Positions 10,212-21,559 of a DNA stretch of 64,000 nt are shown in pieces; position 1 is the stretch's first letter; each line of letters starts with the position of its first letter. A program made the translations under genes and the position numbers. This DNA is from Sandaracinobacter sp. (GTDB lineage Bacteria; Pseudomonadota; Alphaproteobacteria; Sphingomonadales; Sphingomonadaceae): assembly GCF_041909755.1 (NCBI RefSeq), contig NZ_JAYRCW010000002.1, forward strand, positions 2,565-66,564, read 5' to 3'. A model generated the notes under the pieces. It saw only the letters and a list, made by a program, of their open reading frames with translations. It ran no database searches and was not told the origin of the DNA.

Positions 10212-10862
10212 TCAGGCCGGATCGAGCGCCGCCATCTTCCTGAGCGCGATCGCCAGCCGTTCGGGTTCCTGCGCGCCCATTATCAGGCCATTTTCGGCAA
10301 GGATCATGGCCGGCACGCCGGTGATGCCCATTTCACCCCAGCGCTGCTCCAGCGCGCGCACGGTTTCGGCATTTCGGCCATCGGCCAGCACGTCCGCCGC
10401 CTCGGCGCGGTTCAGGCCAGCTGCTTCGGCGGCGTTCAGCAGCACCTCTCGGTCGCTGACATTCTCACCTGCGGTGAAATAGGCTTCGAACAGCTTCAGC
10501 TTAAGCGCCGTCTGCCTGCCCGTGTCCTGCGCCCACAGCAGCAGCTGGTGCGCGTCGAAGGTGTTCCAGATGCGCTTGGAGCGGCCCGAAAAGTCTATCC
10601 CCAGCGGCTCCGCGATGGATTTCATATGGCTGCGCGTGCTGGCGGACTGCTCGGGCGTGGCGCCATATTTGCGGGCGATATGCTCTGCGGTGTCCTCGCC
10701 CTCGGGCGCCATCGCCGGGTTCAGCTCGAAGGGGTGCCAACGAATATCACCCTCCAGCCCGGCGATCTCCAGTGCCTTTTCCAGCTGCCGATAGCCGATG
10801 AAGCACCAGGGGCAGACCACGTCCGAAATGATGTCCACCTGAATCTTCTGCGCCACCTGCAT
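10212..10862 (-). CDS. DsbA-family thiol:disulfide oxidoreductase (FrnE-like)
   Basis: 216 aa with the active site SDVVCPWCFIG near the N-terminus. ATG preceded by GGGAGG. Confidence 0.85.
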   Translation of the reverse strand: MQVAQKIQVDIISDVVCPWCFIGYRQLEKALEIAGLEGDIRWHPFELNPAMAPEGEDTAEHIARKYGATPEQSASTRSHMKSIAEPLGIDFSGRSKRIWNTFDAHQLLLWAQDTGRQTALKLKLFEAYFTAGENVSDREVLLNAAEAAGLNRAEAADVLADGRNAETVRALEQRWGEMGITGVPAMILAENGLIMGAQEPERLAIALRKMAALDPA

Positions 10863-10908
10863 CCTCCCGCCGATTGAGGCCGCTTCATAATCGCGCTAGG
10901 GGCCGCGC

Positions 10909-12444
<1,536 letters not shown>

Positions 12445-12475
12445 GGCATCGGGCCCGGAATGATGGGAGCATGAC

Positions 12476-12907
12476 ATGCGCAAGATCCTTGTCCTGGCCT
12501 TGCTCCTCCTCCCGGTGCCGCTCCACGCCTCCGACGATCCGCCTGAGCAGGCCGTTGCGCAATTTCTCGATGCCTTTCGGGCGATGGAACCCACGCGCTT
12601 CGACAGTTTTTTTGCGCCGGACGCGACTGTCTTTTTCCCCGACGGCCGGTTCCCGACGAACCGGCTCCTCCCCCGCGCCGAGGCGCTCGCCGCCTTTCAC
12701 GGATTCTTTGAAACGCTGAAGGCGCAGGGGCTGACAAGGCTGCAGATCGACCCGGTTGACCTGCGTATCGAACGCTTCGGGGATGTGGCCGTCGTCACCT
12801 TCCTGCTGAAGGGCGCTGAATCCATGGGCCGGCGCACCATGGTGTTCAGCAAGGCAGAAGGCGGGTGGCGCATCGTCCACCTGCATGCATCGCGGTCAGT
12901 GCCTTAA
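12476..12907 (+). CDS. secreted NTF2/SnoaL-like (DUF4440-type) protein
   Basis: 143 aa with signal peptide MRKILVLALLLLPVPLHA, then a small alpha+beta domain ending GGWRIVHLHAS. Confidence 0.6.
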   Translation: MRKILVLALLLLPVPLHASDDPPEQAVAQFLDAFRAMEPTRFDSFFAPDATVFFPDGRFPTNRLLPRAEALAAFHGFFETLKAQGLTRLQIDPVDLRIERFGDVAVVTFLLKGAESMGRRTMVFSKAEGGWRIVHLHASRSVP

Positions 12908-12982
12908 GCCGCAGTGCGCGGCGGCAGGCTCGGCGCCCCCTTCATCCCTTTCGCACGTCAATCTGCGCGCTATGGTGGCGCC

Positions 12983-14440
12983 ATGCGCATCCTGACCCTC
13001 GCCGTCGCCGCCATCGCCCTCGCCACCCCCGCCGCTGCCCAATCCACCGGGCTGGAGGCTGCCCTGCCGGAGATCCGCAAGGGCTTTGCCGACTGGCAGC
13101 TCGACAACCGCGTACCGGGCCTTGTGTGGGGCATCGTGAAGGACGGCAGGCTGATCCATGTGGAGGGGGTTGGCGTGCAGGATCTGGAGGCGAAGCGACC
13201 CGTCACCGCCGACAGCGCATTCCGCATCGCCTCCATGTCGAAGGCGTTCACCGCGTATGAAATCCTGCATCTGGAAGCGCAGGGGAAGCTGAGCCTGTCT
13301 GACCCTGCCTCGAAACATGTGCCCGAACTGAATGGCTGGGCGGCCGGGGTCACGGTGGGCGATCTGCTGCACCACACGGCCGGGTTCGTGACCGACGATC
13401 CCTGGGGAGACAGGCAGCAGGTGCGCACCCCGGCGGAGTTCACCGCCATGCTGAAGGCCGGGTTCCCGCTGCAGTCCGCGCCGGGTTCGGCCTATGAATA
13501 TTCCAACTTCGGCTATGCGACGCTGGGGCGGATCATCACCAACGTCTCCGGCAAACCCTATCAGCGGCAGATCGGGGACACCGTGCTGACGCCGCTGGGC
13601 ATGGGCGCCACCACCTATGACGTGTTCAAGGTGCCCGATGCCCGGCTGGCGCGCGGCTATCGCTGGGAAAACGGCCAATGGGTCGCAGAACCCATGATGA
13701 AGGATGGCGAGTTCGGCGCGATGGGCGGCGTCGTCACCACGGCAATCGACTATGCGAAGTGGGTGTCGCACCTGCTTTCGGGCTGGCCGGCGCAGGCGAA
13801 GGCGGGCGGAAACGGGGCCGTGATCCGCGCCATGCGCACCGGTGGCGGCATCCCGCATGGGCGGGGGCGGCCGGGCAAGGATGCCCCCGATTGCCGGATG
13901 ACCTTCATCTATGCGGGCGGGCTGGTTTCCGGGAATGACTGCCTGCTGGGGCCGGTTTTGTTCCATTCTGGCGGATACCCCGGCTACGGATCGCACATGC
14001 TGCTGCTGCCAGAGGCGGGGGTGGGGCTGTTCGCCTTCGCCAACCGCACCTATGCAGCGCCCCTTCCGCCGGTGTGGGATGCCGCCGGCGCGTTGCAGCG
14101 CGCCGGGCTGGTGAAGCGACATGGCACGCCGCTCTCGCCGCAACTCGCCGCCGCTTACGCGGTGGCGCAGCGGCTGTGGGAAGCCGGGCGGATCGATGCC
14201 GAGCCGGGTGTGCTGGCCGAGAATATGCTGATGGACCGGTCCGCCGAAAGCTGGGCTGCCGAGTTCCAGCGGCTGAAGGCGGAAAGCGGCACCTGCGACA
14301 CTAGTGCGCCCATAATCCCCACCGGTGCTATGTCGGGCCAGTTCCAGTGGCGCTGCACCGTGGGGCGGATCAACGGCCAGCTGCTGCTAGCACCCACCCC
14401 GACGCCACAGATCCAGGCGCTGAGGCTTTCCCGCCCCTGA
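12983..14440 (+). CDS. secreted serine hydrolase, beta-lactamase/PBP4*-like (class C fold)
   Basis: The track ORF begins at 12914, but ATG 12983 gives a clean signal peptide, MRILTLAVAAIALATPAAAQ. It has the S-x-x-K motif (ASMSKAF) and a Y-x-N motif (YEYSNFGY). Confidence 0.85.
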   Translation: MRILTLAVAAIALATPAAAQSTGLEAALPEIRKGFADWQLDNRVPGLVWGIVKDGRLIHVEGVGVQDLEAKRPVTADSAFRIASMSKAFTAYEILHLEAQGKLSLSDPASKHVPELNGWAAGVTVGDLLHHTAGFVTDDPWGDRQQVRTPAEFTAMLKAGFPLQSAPGSAYEYSNFGYATLGRIITNVSGKPYQRQIGDTVLTPLGMGATTYDVFKVPDARLARGYRWENGQWVAEPMMKDGEFGAMGGVVTTAIDYAKWVSHLLSGWPAQAKAGGNGAVIRAMRTGGGIPHGRGRPGKDAPDCRMTFIYAGGLVSGNDCLLGPVLFHSGGYPGYGSHMLLLPEAGVGLFAFANRTYAAPLPPVWDAAGALQRAGLVKRHGTPLSPQLAAAYAVAQRLWEAGRIDAEPGVLAENMLMDRSAESWAAEFQRLKAESGTCDTSAPIIPTGAMSGQFQWRCTVGRINGQLLLAPTPTPQIQALRLSRP

Positions 14441-14443
14441 CCG

Positions 14444-14962
14444 TCAGCCGGCGAGCGTGCGATTCGCCGCCGTCACCTGCGCCTGCGCCTTTTCGGATGC
14501 TGCCGCCGTCCGCTTCATGAGCGCGTCCACCGCCTGCCGGTCGGCATCTGCAGCGGGCAGGCTGTCCACCATGCGGGCCAGCGGCACCAGCCGCGCGCCG
14601 ATGGCGTCCAGCGGTGCCCGCGCCTGATCATAGCGCGACAGCGCCATCTGCGCGTTGGACCAGCCCTCCGAGCCGATCCCCTGCCCCCGCGCGGCCGCCA
14701 GCGCCCGATCCAGTTCCGCGCCAAGTCGCTTCAGGTCCGATTCGACGGCGGCCAGCGCCTCGCCTTCGCGCGCCAGGTCTGCCCTTAGGCTCGCCTGCTG
14801 TTCGGGCAGCAGGGCCGGCGTCGTATCGGCGCCGGGCGCCTCGATCAGCCGCTCCGCCTCCCCCGGCCGGGGGGCGAGCGACGGGTAAGGGCCGCGGCTG
14901 CCGGCACAGGCGGACAGGGCAATGGCGGCGGACAGGGCGAGGACTGGAATGGGGCGGCGCAT
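14444..14962 (-). CDS. hypothetical lipoprotein, coiled-coil-like
   Basis: ATG at 14962 gives MRRPIPVLALSAAIALSACAG with a lipobox (LSAC). The longer track ORF (to 15067) would run into the tRNA gene. Confidence 0.6.
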   Translation of the reverse strand: MRRPIPVLALSAAIALSACAGSRGPYPSLAPRPGEAERLIEAPGADTTPALLPEQQASLRADLAREGEALAAVESDLKRLGAELDRALAAARGQGIGSEGWSNAQMALSRYDQARAPLDAIGARLVPLARMVDSLPAADADRQAVDALMKRTAAASEKAQAQVTAANRTLAG

Positions 14963-15039
14963 GAAAATCGCTGTAGCGGTGTGCTGCCTGCGCTTGCAAT
15001 CCGCTGGCGCGTCCCTTAAAGGACCGCCCTCCAAGGCGC

Positions 15040-15116
15040 GCGCCCGTAGCTCAGCTGGATAGAGCACCAGACTACGAATCTGGGGGTCGGACGTTCGAAT
15101 CGTTCCGGGCGCGCCA
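15040..15116 (+). tRNA. tRNA-Arg (anticodon ACG)
   Basis: The 77-nt sequence folds by hand into a cloverleaf. Acceptor stem GCGCCCG/CGGGCGC, D arm GCTC-AGCTGGATA-GAGC, anticodon arm CCAGA-CTACGAA-TCTGG, T arm GGACG-TTCGAAT-CGTTC, and an encoded CCA. Confidence 0.92.
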
Positions 15117-15195
15117 TTTTCCTTGATCCATCACCTTCCGTCAGAACCCCTTGTCCCCTGTGCTTGCGCTGTCGCGCCGTACGGGCCATCTTGCA

Positions 15196-15207
15196 TAGAA
15201 TACTAAG
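15196..15207 (+). promoter_or_regulatory. TAG-N4-CTAAG upstream motif, copy A (TAGAATACTAAG)
   Basis: AT-rich 12-mer in the intergenic region, ending 25 nt before the GST start at 15232. Identical to the copy at 28700. Confidence 0.4.
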
Positions 15208-15231
15208 GAATCAGGCGAAGGGGCAGCCCGG

Positions 15232-15933
15232 ATGATCACACTTTACGGCGGGCCGACGCCCAATGCGCGCAAGATCGCCATTGCGCTGCTGGAAATGGGG
15301 CTGGACTGGCGGCTTGAATATATCGACATCCTGGCCGGCGATCAGCTGACGCCGGAATTCCTGGCGCTGAACCCCAACAACAAGACGCCGGTGATCGTGG
15401 ACGAGGACGGCCCTGCTGGGCGCTTCGTGCTGTGGGAAACCGGGGCGATCCTGCTGTATCTCGCGGAAAAGACCGGGCGTTTCGTGCCCCTTGATCCGGC
15501 GAAGCGGGCGATCTGCTGGCAATGGCTGATGCTGCAGGTTTCCGGCATCGGCCCGATGTTCGGGCAGGAAGCGCACTTCACCCATTATGCGAAAGACCGG
15601 CACCCCTATGCCATCGAGCGTTATTCCCGCGAGGTGGAGCGGCTGATGCGGGTGCTGGATCAGCGGCTTGGCGAGGCGGAATGGCTGGCAGGCGATGAAT
15701 ACAGCATCGCCGACATGGCAACGCTGCCCTTCCTGCGCCGCCAGCTGATCGACAAGGCGGGGCGCTACCCCAACGTCGACCGGTGGGGCGCCGCAATGCT
15801 GGCGCGGCCGGCCGTGGCCGAGGGGATGACGACGGGCACCGCCCGGGCCGAGACGATCGAAGGCGGCCTCACCGGCTTCACCGATGAGCATCGGTCGATC
15901 CTCTGGGGCGAGCGGCAGCACGCCCCGCGCTGA
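15232..15933 (+). CDS. glutathione S-transferase, YfcG/Nu-class-like
   Basis: 233 aa with N-terminus MITLYGGPTPNARKIAIALLE, then LNPNNKTPVIVD and WETGAILLYLAEKTGRF. This pattern matches E. coli YfcG as I recall it. Confidence 0.88.
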   Translation: MITLYGGPTPNARKIAIALLEMGLDWRLEYIDILAGDQLTPEFLALNPNNKTPVIVDEDGPAGRFVLWETGAILLYLAEKTGRFVPLDPAKRAICWQWLMLQVSGIGPMFGQEAHFTHYAKDRHPYAIERYSREVERLMRVLDQRLGEAEWLAGDEYSIADMATLPFLRRQLIDKAGRYPNVDRWGAAMLARPAVAEGMTTGTARAETIEGGLTGFTDEHRSILWGERQHAPR

Positions 15934-15936
15934 CGC

Positions 15937-16662
15937 CTATCGGCGCACGGCACTGCGATTGGCGTCTCCGAACATGTTCGACCATTCCCGGTCATCCAGC
16001 GTCTGGTTGCGTCCGAGATATTTGGCGGGGGCTGCAAGATCCGGGCGGGACATCGCGCGGCCGACTGCCGGGCGCTCGCGGATCGCCTCGAACCAGCGGC
16101 GGGTGGCGGGCCAGTCATCCAGCGACAGGCCCATCACGAAGGCCGATGCACGGCCCGGCCAGATCGCGATATCGGCAATGCTGTAGCCGGCTCCCCCAAC
16201 ATATGGGCTTTCCGCCAGCCGCCCTTCCAGCACGGTCAGCAGCCGGTTCAGTTCGCTGGTGTAGCGCTTGACGGCATAGTCCTGCCCCGGCGGCGCATAG
16301 CGCAGGAAATGGCTGGCCTGCCCGCCCATCGGCCCCAGGCCCGCCACCTGCCAGGTCAGCCAGGAAAGGGCGGTCGCGCGTTCCGGGCCGGTGGCGGCGA
16401 GGAAGCGGCCGGATTTTTCCGCGAGATACTGCAGGATCGCGCCGGATTCGAAGACGGTGACGGGCGCGCCTCCCCAGGCCGGCGCATGATCGACGATCGC
16501 GGGCAGCTTGTGGTTCGGATTGATCCGGCCGAACTCGGCGGTCAGCTGGTCGCCGTCGAAGATGTCATAGGGGATCACCCGGTACGGCAGCTCCGCTTCT
16601 TCCAGCAGGATCGCGATCTTCTGGCCGTTGGGCGTGGCGCAATAATGCAGGTCGATCATCAC
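15937..16662 (-). CDS. glutathione S-transferase, YfcG/Nu-class-like
   Basis: 241 aa with MMIDLHYCATPNGQKIAILLEEAELPY, INPNHKLPAIVDH, FESGAILQYLAEKSGRF and YSIADIAIWP. Confidence 0.9.
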   Translation of the reverse strand: MMIDLHYCATPNGQKIAILLEEAELPYRVIPYDIFDGDQLTAEFGRINPNHKLPAIVDHAPAWGGAPVTVFESGAILQYLAEKSGRFLAATGPERATALSWLTWQVAGLGPMGGQASHFLRYAPPGQDYAVKRYTSELNRLLTVLEGRLAESPYVGGAGYSIADIAIWPGRASAFVMGLSLDDWPATRRWFEAIRERPAVGRAMSRPDLAAPAKYLGRNQTLDDREWSNMFGDANRSAVRR

Positions 16663-17165
16663 AGAATCTCGTGAATCACATGGCGAACGCCGAAATCGGT
16701 GCGTTCGCCGACGCCGACGGCCAGAATGCCGTTCAGCCAGCCATAGCGCTCGCTCGCGGTTTCGAAGACCGGGGCGATGCGCAGATAATAGCGTGACGGA
16801 TCGACATCCGGCGCCGACGGATCGGCGAACAGCGCGCGCACATCATCCGGCACCACGCTGCGCCCTGTGTAAGACAGCTGGATCAGCGCGCCGTCCTGCG
16901 TGCGCCACACCGATCGCGCGTCGAACGTCCCCACCGCCGAATCGGCGGACAGGCGGCCACCCTGAGACCAGTTCCCCCCGCCCGGCAGAACCTCGCCGCT
17001 GAGGCGGGGCCCGAAAACCCGCCCGCCCGTGATGAAACCCAGCCGCCTGTCTCCGAAGGGCGTGGCGCCGATGCCGACCAGCCCGCCGCCGACTTCGAAT
17101 TCGACCGTGCAGAGATAGGCCGACCTCAGCGCCGCCCTGCCCTTTTCCGCAGCATCCCCCGTCAT
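16659..17165 (-). CDS. DUF3237 (UPF0311) family protein
   Basis: ATG 17165 gives MTGDAAEKGR... The sequence TPFGDRRLGFITGGRVFGPRLSGEVLPGGGNW fits the DUF3237 pattern. The stop overlaps the start of the downstream GST by 4 nt. Confidence 0.7.
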   Translation of the reverse strand: MTGDAAEKGRAALRSAYLCTVEFEVGGGLVGIGATPFGDRRLGFITGGRVFGPRLSGEVLPGGGNWSQGGRLSADSAVGTFDARSVWRTQDGALIQLSYTGRSVVPDDVRALFADPSAPDVDPSRYYLRIAPVFETASERYGWLNGILAVGVGERTDFGVRHVIHEIL

Positions 17166-17210
17166 TGCATGCCTCCTCCCGCGAAACCCACTGGACAAGC
17201 TTAAAGCCAT

Positions 17211-17222
17211 TAGTAAACTAAG
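17211..17222 (+). promoter_or_regulatory. TAG-N4-CTAAG upstream motif, copy B (TAGTAAACTAAG)
   Basis: Intergenic, ending 72 nt before the TonB-receptor start at 17294. TGGACA lies 16 nt upstream of TAAACT. Confidence 0.4.
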
Positions 17223-17223
17223 G

Positions 17224-17238
17224 GTCAATCAGATTGAC
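17224..17238. promoter_or_regulatory. perfect palindrome GTCAAT-CAG-ATTGAC (candidate operator)
   Basis: 15-bp inverted repeat, 2 nt after motif copy B and 56 nt upstream of the receptor start. Related sites occur at 21533 and 25761. Confidence 0.45.
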
Positions 17239-17293
17239 GGATGAGGACCGGAGATCCCGTACCGTCGACGAACCACTCAAGGGAGGATTCCGA

Positions 17294-19537
17294 ATGAAGT
17301 CCTGCAACTGGATTCTGCTGTCCAGCGTGGCCGCTGCGGCCATGCTGGCTGCTGCGCCTGCCGCCGCTGAAGACGCCGACCAGGCGGAAACCGCCGCCGT
17401 CGACACGCCATCGGGCGGGTCCACCGACATCATCGTCACTGCCACCAAGCGCGCGCAGAATGTGCAGGACGTGCCGATCTCGATGGTGGTCGTGTCGGGT
17501 GAACAGCTTTCGAAGTTCAATGTCGCCGATGCCCGGGCGATGATGAACTACACGCCGAACGTCTTCGTGCAGACGACAGCTGGCAACAATGTGATCTACA
17601 TCCGTGGCTTCGGCTCGCCGCCGGCGAACTTCGCCTTCGACCAGTCCGTCTCGCTCTATGTCGATGGCATCTATGCCGGCCGCTCGCGGCAGGCGGAATC
17701 GCCCTTCTTCGATCTGGAGCGGGTGGAAGTGCTGCGCGGTCCGCAGGGCGCGCTGTTCGGCAAGAACACCGCGGCCGGCGCCGTCAGCGTCGTGTCCGCC
17801 GGGCCAACGCGGGAATTCGAGGGAAAGGTGTCCGGCCTGTACAGCTTCGACATGAAGGGCCCGGACATTTCCGGCTATTTCGCCGGCCCCATTTCCGAAA
17901 CGCTCGGCTTCCGCGTCGCCTATAATGTCGTCCGGCAAGACGGCTATATCTACAACCGCGCGACCGATCAGGACGATCCGAAGCTGGAACAGGAAACCGT
18001 TCGCGGCACGCTGAAGTGGGAGCCTTCGGACCAGTTCGACTACACCGCCAAGGTGCAATATTCGAACCGGCGCTATTCGGGCGGCATCTCCGTCTCCAGC
18101 TCGCTCACCGGCCCGCAGGATCCGCAGGAAGATCGCTATCTGGAAGAGTCTGCGCTGGGGCCGGAGGGCATCTGGAACAAGTCGTGGATGATTTCCGGCA
18201 CCGGAAACATCCAGTTCGGGGATTACACGCTCACGCTGATCACCGGTTACAGCAAGTTCGACGCCAACATCGTCAACGGTTTCGATCAGACGATCCCCAA
18301 CAGTGGCGGGGCTATCACCAACAACAGCGTTTACAACAGCTTCCCCGAAAAATTCGATCAGTTCTCCCAGGAAATCCGCCTGCTGTCCCCCACCGGCAAG
18401 CGCTTCGAGTATATCGTTGGCGCCTATTGGGATTATGGGAATTACGAGCTGCAGCAGCTGCAGGGCTTCAATATCCTGAACCTGTTCGGCAACCCCTATT
18501 TCGGCCGCATCGACAGCGTGTTCAATCAACGCGCCGAATCCTATTCGGTGTTCGGTCAGGGGACCTTCAACTTCAACGACGACCTGCGCCTGATCGGAAG
18601 CCTGCGCTACACCCACGCCAGCAAGCGCGGCAGCTTCGCTTCGCGACTGGTCTATGGCCCGTTCGCGATCCGGCCCATCTCCAGCGCGCGTGGCGCGATC
18701 GACGAAAGCAATGTCGATCCGTCGTTCACGCTGCAATATGACTTCACCGACGACATCATGGGGTATGCCACCTATGGTCAGGGGTCGAAGTCGGGCGGCT
18801 TCGTGTCCAACACGCTGGGCACCACCGACAAGACCTTCACCTTCAAGCCGGAAAAATCGACCAACTACGAGGCCGGCATCCGCTCGACGCTGTTCGACCG
18901 CAAGGTGGTCGCCAACGTCTCCATCTACAAGACGACGTTCGAGGATCTGCAGGTGTCCGTCTATCAGCCGGCCACCTCCAGCTACCTGACGGGGAACGCG
19001 GCCAGCGCCACCTCGAAGGGCATCGAAGGCTCGCTCGCCGTCTATCCCGTGCCCAATTTCGACATCACCGGCTCCGCCTCCTATCAGGATGTGAAGTATG
19101 ATGATTATCCGGGCGCGGCCTGCCTTGCCTCGCAGCCGTCCACCTGCACCCCGGCCACAAACAACCTTGCCGGATACCCTGTCGCCTATGCCTCCAAGTT
19201 CACCGGCAACATCACGGCGCATGCGCGCTTCGACATGGGCGACAACTTCAAGTTCGACATCACCGGGGTGGTCGCCGGGCGTTCGAAGTTCTTCAACTCC
19301 GACAACCAGAGCCCGACCTTCGGCGTGCAGAAGGGCTATGCCAAGGTCGACCTTCGGGTCCAGTTCGGCGACCAGGCGGATCGCTGGTACCTCGCCTTCG
19401 TGGGCAAGAACCTGACGAATGAGCGGACGACCGGCAGCGCCTTCAACCTGCCGGCGCCGATCACCGCGGCGCCGCGCGCGATCCTCTACCTGGAGCCGAC
19501 GCGGAACCTCGCGGTCGAGGCCGGCTTCAAGTTCTGA
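17294..19537 (+). CDS. TonB-dependent outer-membrane receptor
   Basis: ATG 17294 follows GGGAGG and gives signal peptide MKSCNWILLSSVAAAAMLAAAPAAA. Plug segment DIIVTATKRAQNVQDVPISM and RVEVLRGPQGALFGKNTAAG are present, and the C-terminus is EAGFKF. Confidence 0.92.
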   Translation: MKSCNWILLSSVAAAAMLAAAPAAAEDADQAETAAVDTPSGGSTDIIVTATKRAQNVQDVPISMVVVSGEQLSKFNVADARAMMNYTPNVFVQTTAGNNVIYIRGFGSPPANFAFDQSVSLYVDGIYAGRSRQAESPFFDLERVEVLRGPQGALFGKNTAAGAVSVVSAGPTREFEGKVSGLYSFDMKGPDISGYFAGPISETLGFRVAYNVVRQDGYIYNRATDQDDPKLEQETVRGTLKWEPSDQFDYTAKVQYSNRRYSGGISVSSSLTGPQDPQEDRYLEESALGPEGIWNKSWMISGTGNIQFGDYTLTLITGYSKFDANIVNGFDQTIPNSGGAITNNSVYNSFPEKFDQFSQEIRLLSPTGKRFEYIVGAYWDYGNYELQQLQGFNILNLFGNPYFGRIDSVFNQRAESYSVFGQGTFNFNDDLRLIGSLRYTHASKRGSFASRLVYGPFAIRPISSARGAIDESNVDPSFTLQYDFTDDIMGYATYGQGSKSGGFVSNTLGTTDKTFTFKPEKSTNYEAGIRSTLFDRKVVANVSIYKTTFEDLQVSVYQPATSSYLTGNAASATSKGIEGSLAVYPVPNFDITGSASYQDVKYDDYPGAACLASQPSTCTPATNNLAGYPVAYASKFTGNITAHARFDMGDNFKFDITGVVAGRSKFFNSDNQSPTFGVQKGYAKVDLRVQFGDQADRWYLAFVGKNLTNERTTGSAFNLPAPITAAPRAILYLEPTRNLAVEAGFKF

Positions 19538-19541
19538 CGGC

Positions 19542-20024
19542 ATGAGCGCCGCCGCTTACCTTGACAGGCAAGCGGCGGCGGATGCCGTGCTGGCCTATGC
19601 CGAGGCGCTCGACGCCCGCGACTGGGCCGCGTTCCGGGCGCTGTTCACCAACGAGATCCGGCTGGACTATGGTGCCATCGGATCGGTGGTCGGGCCGATA
19701 AGCGCCGACGAATGGACGGCCCGCTGCCGCTCTCTCGAAGGCTTTGCCGCCACCGCCCACCGCCTGCACAATATCCGCGCGCATGTGGACGGTGATGGCG
19801 CGCGCGCGTCGAGCATCGTCGACGCCGCGCATTTCGTTGAGATCGGGGGCGAGATGCGCATGGGCGACCTGATCGGGCGCTACTCCCATGACCTTGTGCG
19901 GGACGGCGGGTGGAAGATCGCGGGCGTCACGCTTTCCGTCAGCGGCTATCCCGCCGGGCGCGCCGCCTTCGAAGCCGTATTCACCGCGGCACGCGCCAAC
20001 CATGCGGAAAGGCAGGCCCGATGA
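19542..20024 (+). CDS. SnoaL-like / NTF2-fold protein
   Basis: ATG 19542 lies 5 nt after the receptor stop. The 160-aa product reads LDRQAAADAVLAYAEALDARDWAAFRALFT...LDYG, typical of SnoaL-like polyketide cyclase-fold proteins. ATGA overlap with the next GST. Confidence 0.7.
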   Translation: MSAAAYLDRQAAADAVLAYAEALDARDWAAFRALFTNEIRLDYGAIGSVVGPISADEWTARCRSLEGFAATAHRLHNIRAHVDGDGARASSIVDAAHFVEIGGEMRMGDLIGRYSHDLVRDGGWKIAGVTLSVSGYPAGRAAFEAVFTAARANHAERQAR

Positions 20025-20731
20025 TCGACGTCTATTTCACGCCCACGCCCAACGGCCACAAGATCTCCATCATGCTGGAGGAAGTCGGCCTGCCGCACCA
20101 GCTGCTGAAGATGGACATGCTGGCCGGCGACCATCTGACGCCCGATTACCGGCGCATCAATCCCAACGGACGGCTGCCGGCCATCGTGGATCATGCGCCG
20201 GTCGGCGGCGGCGCCCCACTGCCGGTGTTCGAGAGCGGAGCGATCCTGTTGTATCTGGCCGAGAAGAGCGGGCAGCTGATGCCGGCCGATCCGCGCCGCC
20301 GCAGCCAGGCGCAGCAATGGCTGATGTGGCAGATGGCGAGCTTCGGGCCGATGCAGGGGCAGGCGCATCATTTCATCCGCTATGCGCCAGAGGGGCAGGA
20401 CTATCCGGTGGCGCGCTATCGCAACGAGACGATCCGCCTGCTGCATGTGCTGAACGGCCGCCTGAAGGAGGCCGAATATCTGGCCGGCGATTACAGCATC
20501 GCCGACATCGCCTGCTGGCCCTGGACGCGGGCCATCCGCGCCATCGGGCTGACGCTGGATGACTTTCCCGATGTCGCACGCTGGTTCGCGGCCATCGGAG
20601 AGCGCCCCGCCGTGCAGCGCGGCACCGACGTGAAGAATGCCGCAAACCTGTCCAGCGCGCGGCCCGTGCTGACGGAAGAGCAATGGTCGAACCTGTTCGG
20701 CACCAACATGCTGGCGGCGCCGACGCGCTAG
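20021..20731 (+). CDS. glutathione S-transferase, YfcG/Nu-class-like
   Basis: 236 aa with MIDVYFTPTPNGHKISIMLEEVGLP, INPNGRLPAIVDH, FESGAILLYLAEKSG and YSIADIACWPW. This is the closest of the three to E. coli YfcG as I recall it. Confidence 0.9.
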   Translation: MIDVYFTPTPNGHKISIMLEEVGLPHQLLKMDMLAGDHLTPDYRRINPNGRLPAIVDHAPVGGGAPLPVFESGAILLYLAEKSGQLMPADPRRRSQAQQWLMWQMASFGPMQGQAHHFIRYAPEGQDYPVARYRNETIRLLHVLNGRLKEAEYLAGDYSIADIACWPWTRAIRAIGLTLDDFPDVARWFAAIGERPAVQRGTDVKNAANLSSARPVLTEEQWSNLFGTNMLAAPTR

Positions 20732-21495
20732 ACCGTGTCGGCCGTGCCCCATTGATGCTCGATACGGCCGTCGATCTTGCGCACGGCAACCCAGTCTCCG
20801 CCCTTGCGGCTGTCGTCCGTGACGAGGGCGATCATTCCGTCCGCGATATCCTCGGGCCGGCAGGCCTCGTTGTTCGCAAGCACGTTCAGCATCCAGTCCG
20901 ACGGGCCGTCGGCGCCTGTCTTGTTGAGGATGGGCGTGTCGGTGAGGCCGGGCAGCACGCCCAGCACGCGGACGTTCCACCGCGCATGAAGTCCGGCGCA
21001 GCAGCGGGTGAACATCATCACCCCGGCCTTGGTGGTGGCGTACATCGCATCATGGAAGCCGGTGCCGAGCGCGACGGTGGAGACCGTGTTGACGATGACG
21101 CCCCCGCCGCGCGCGTGCATGGCCTGTGCGGCGATCTGGGTCGCGATCACGAGCGAGCCGAGGTTCACGTCGATGATCCAGCCCAGGCGGCCGACATCCG
21201 CTTCGGGAAACTGCGGGCCGCCCGCAACCACCCCGGCATTGTTGTGCAGGATGTCCACGTCGCCATGGGCGCGGAACCAGCTTTCGGTCGCGGACAGATC
21301 GGCCAGATCAAGGCGGTGAACGGTCGCGATCGCGCCCAATTCGCGCACCTGCCGCGCCGTCTCCTCCAGCCCCGGCCCATCGATGTCGACAAGCGCGATC
21401 CCGGCGGCCCCTGCACGCGCAAGCGCAACGGCGCTGGCGCGACCGATACCAGCGGCCGACCCGGTGACGATGGCCGTTTTCGCGCAGATATCCAT
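20728..21495 (-). CDS. short-chain dehydrogenase/reductase
   Basis: ATG 21495 follows GGAGGAGGGG. It has TAIVTGSAAGIGRA (TGxxxGxG), NNAG and the YATTKAGV catalytic YxxxK. Confidence 0.9.
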   Translation of the reverse strand: MDICAKTAIVTGSAAGIGRASAVALARAGAAGIALVDIDGPGLEETARQVRELGAIATVHRLDLADLSATESWFRAHGDVDILHNNAGVVAGGPQFPEADVGRLGWIIDVNLGSLVIATQIAAQAMHARGGGVIVNTVSTVALGTGFHDAMYATTKAGVMMFTRCCAGLHARWNVRVLGVLPGLTDTPILNKTGADGPSDWMLNVLANNEACRPEDIADGMIALVTDDSRKGGDWVAVRKIDGRIEHQWGTADTV

Positions 21496-21532
21496 TTCTC
21501 CCCTCCTCCTTTTGACCGCCATCCCACGCCCA

Positions 21533-21552
21533 TTCGTAAAGCACATTGACAG
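21533..21552. promoter_or_regulatory. degenerate copy of the TCGTCAAT-N3-ATTGACGA palindrome; the right arm contains TTGACA
   Basis: TTCGTAAAG-CAC-ATTGACAG lies in the divergent SDR/MFS intergenic region. Each arm matches 6 of 8 positions of the 25761 palindrome. Confidence 0.35.
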
Positions 21553-21559
21553 ATAAACT

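Noticed and set aside
17225-19543. 772-aa ORF on the minus strand that exactly mirrors the TonB receptor gene
   Set aside because: The product is Arg/Gly/Asp/His-rich with no recognisable motif, whereas the plus-strand frame has a signal peptide, plug motifs and a terminal Phe. Stop-free antisense frames are expected opposite GC3-rich genes.
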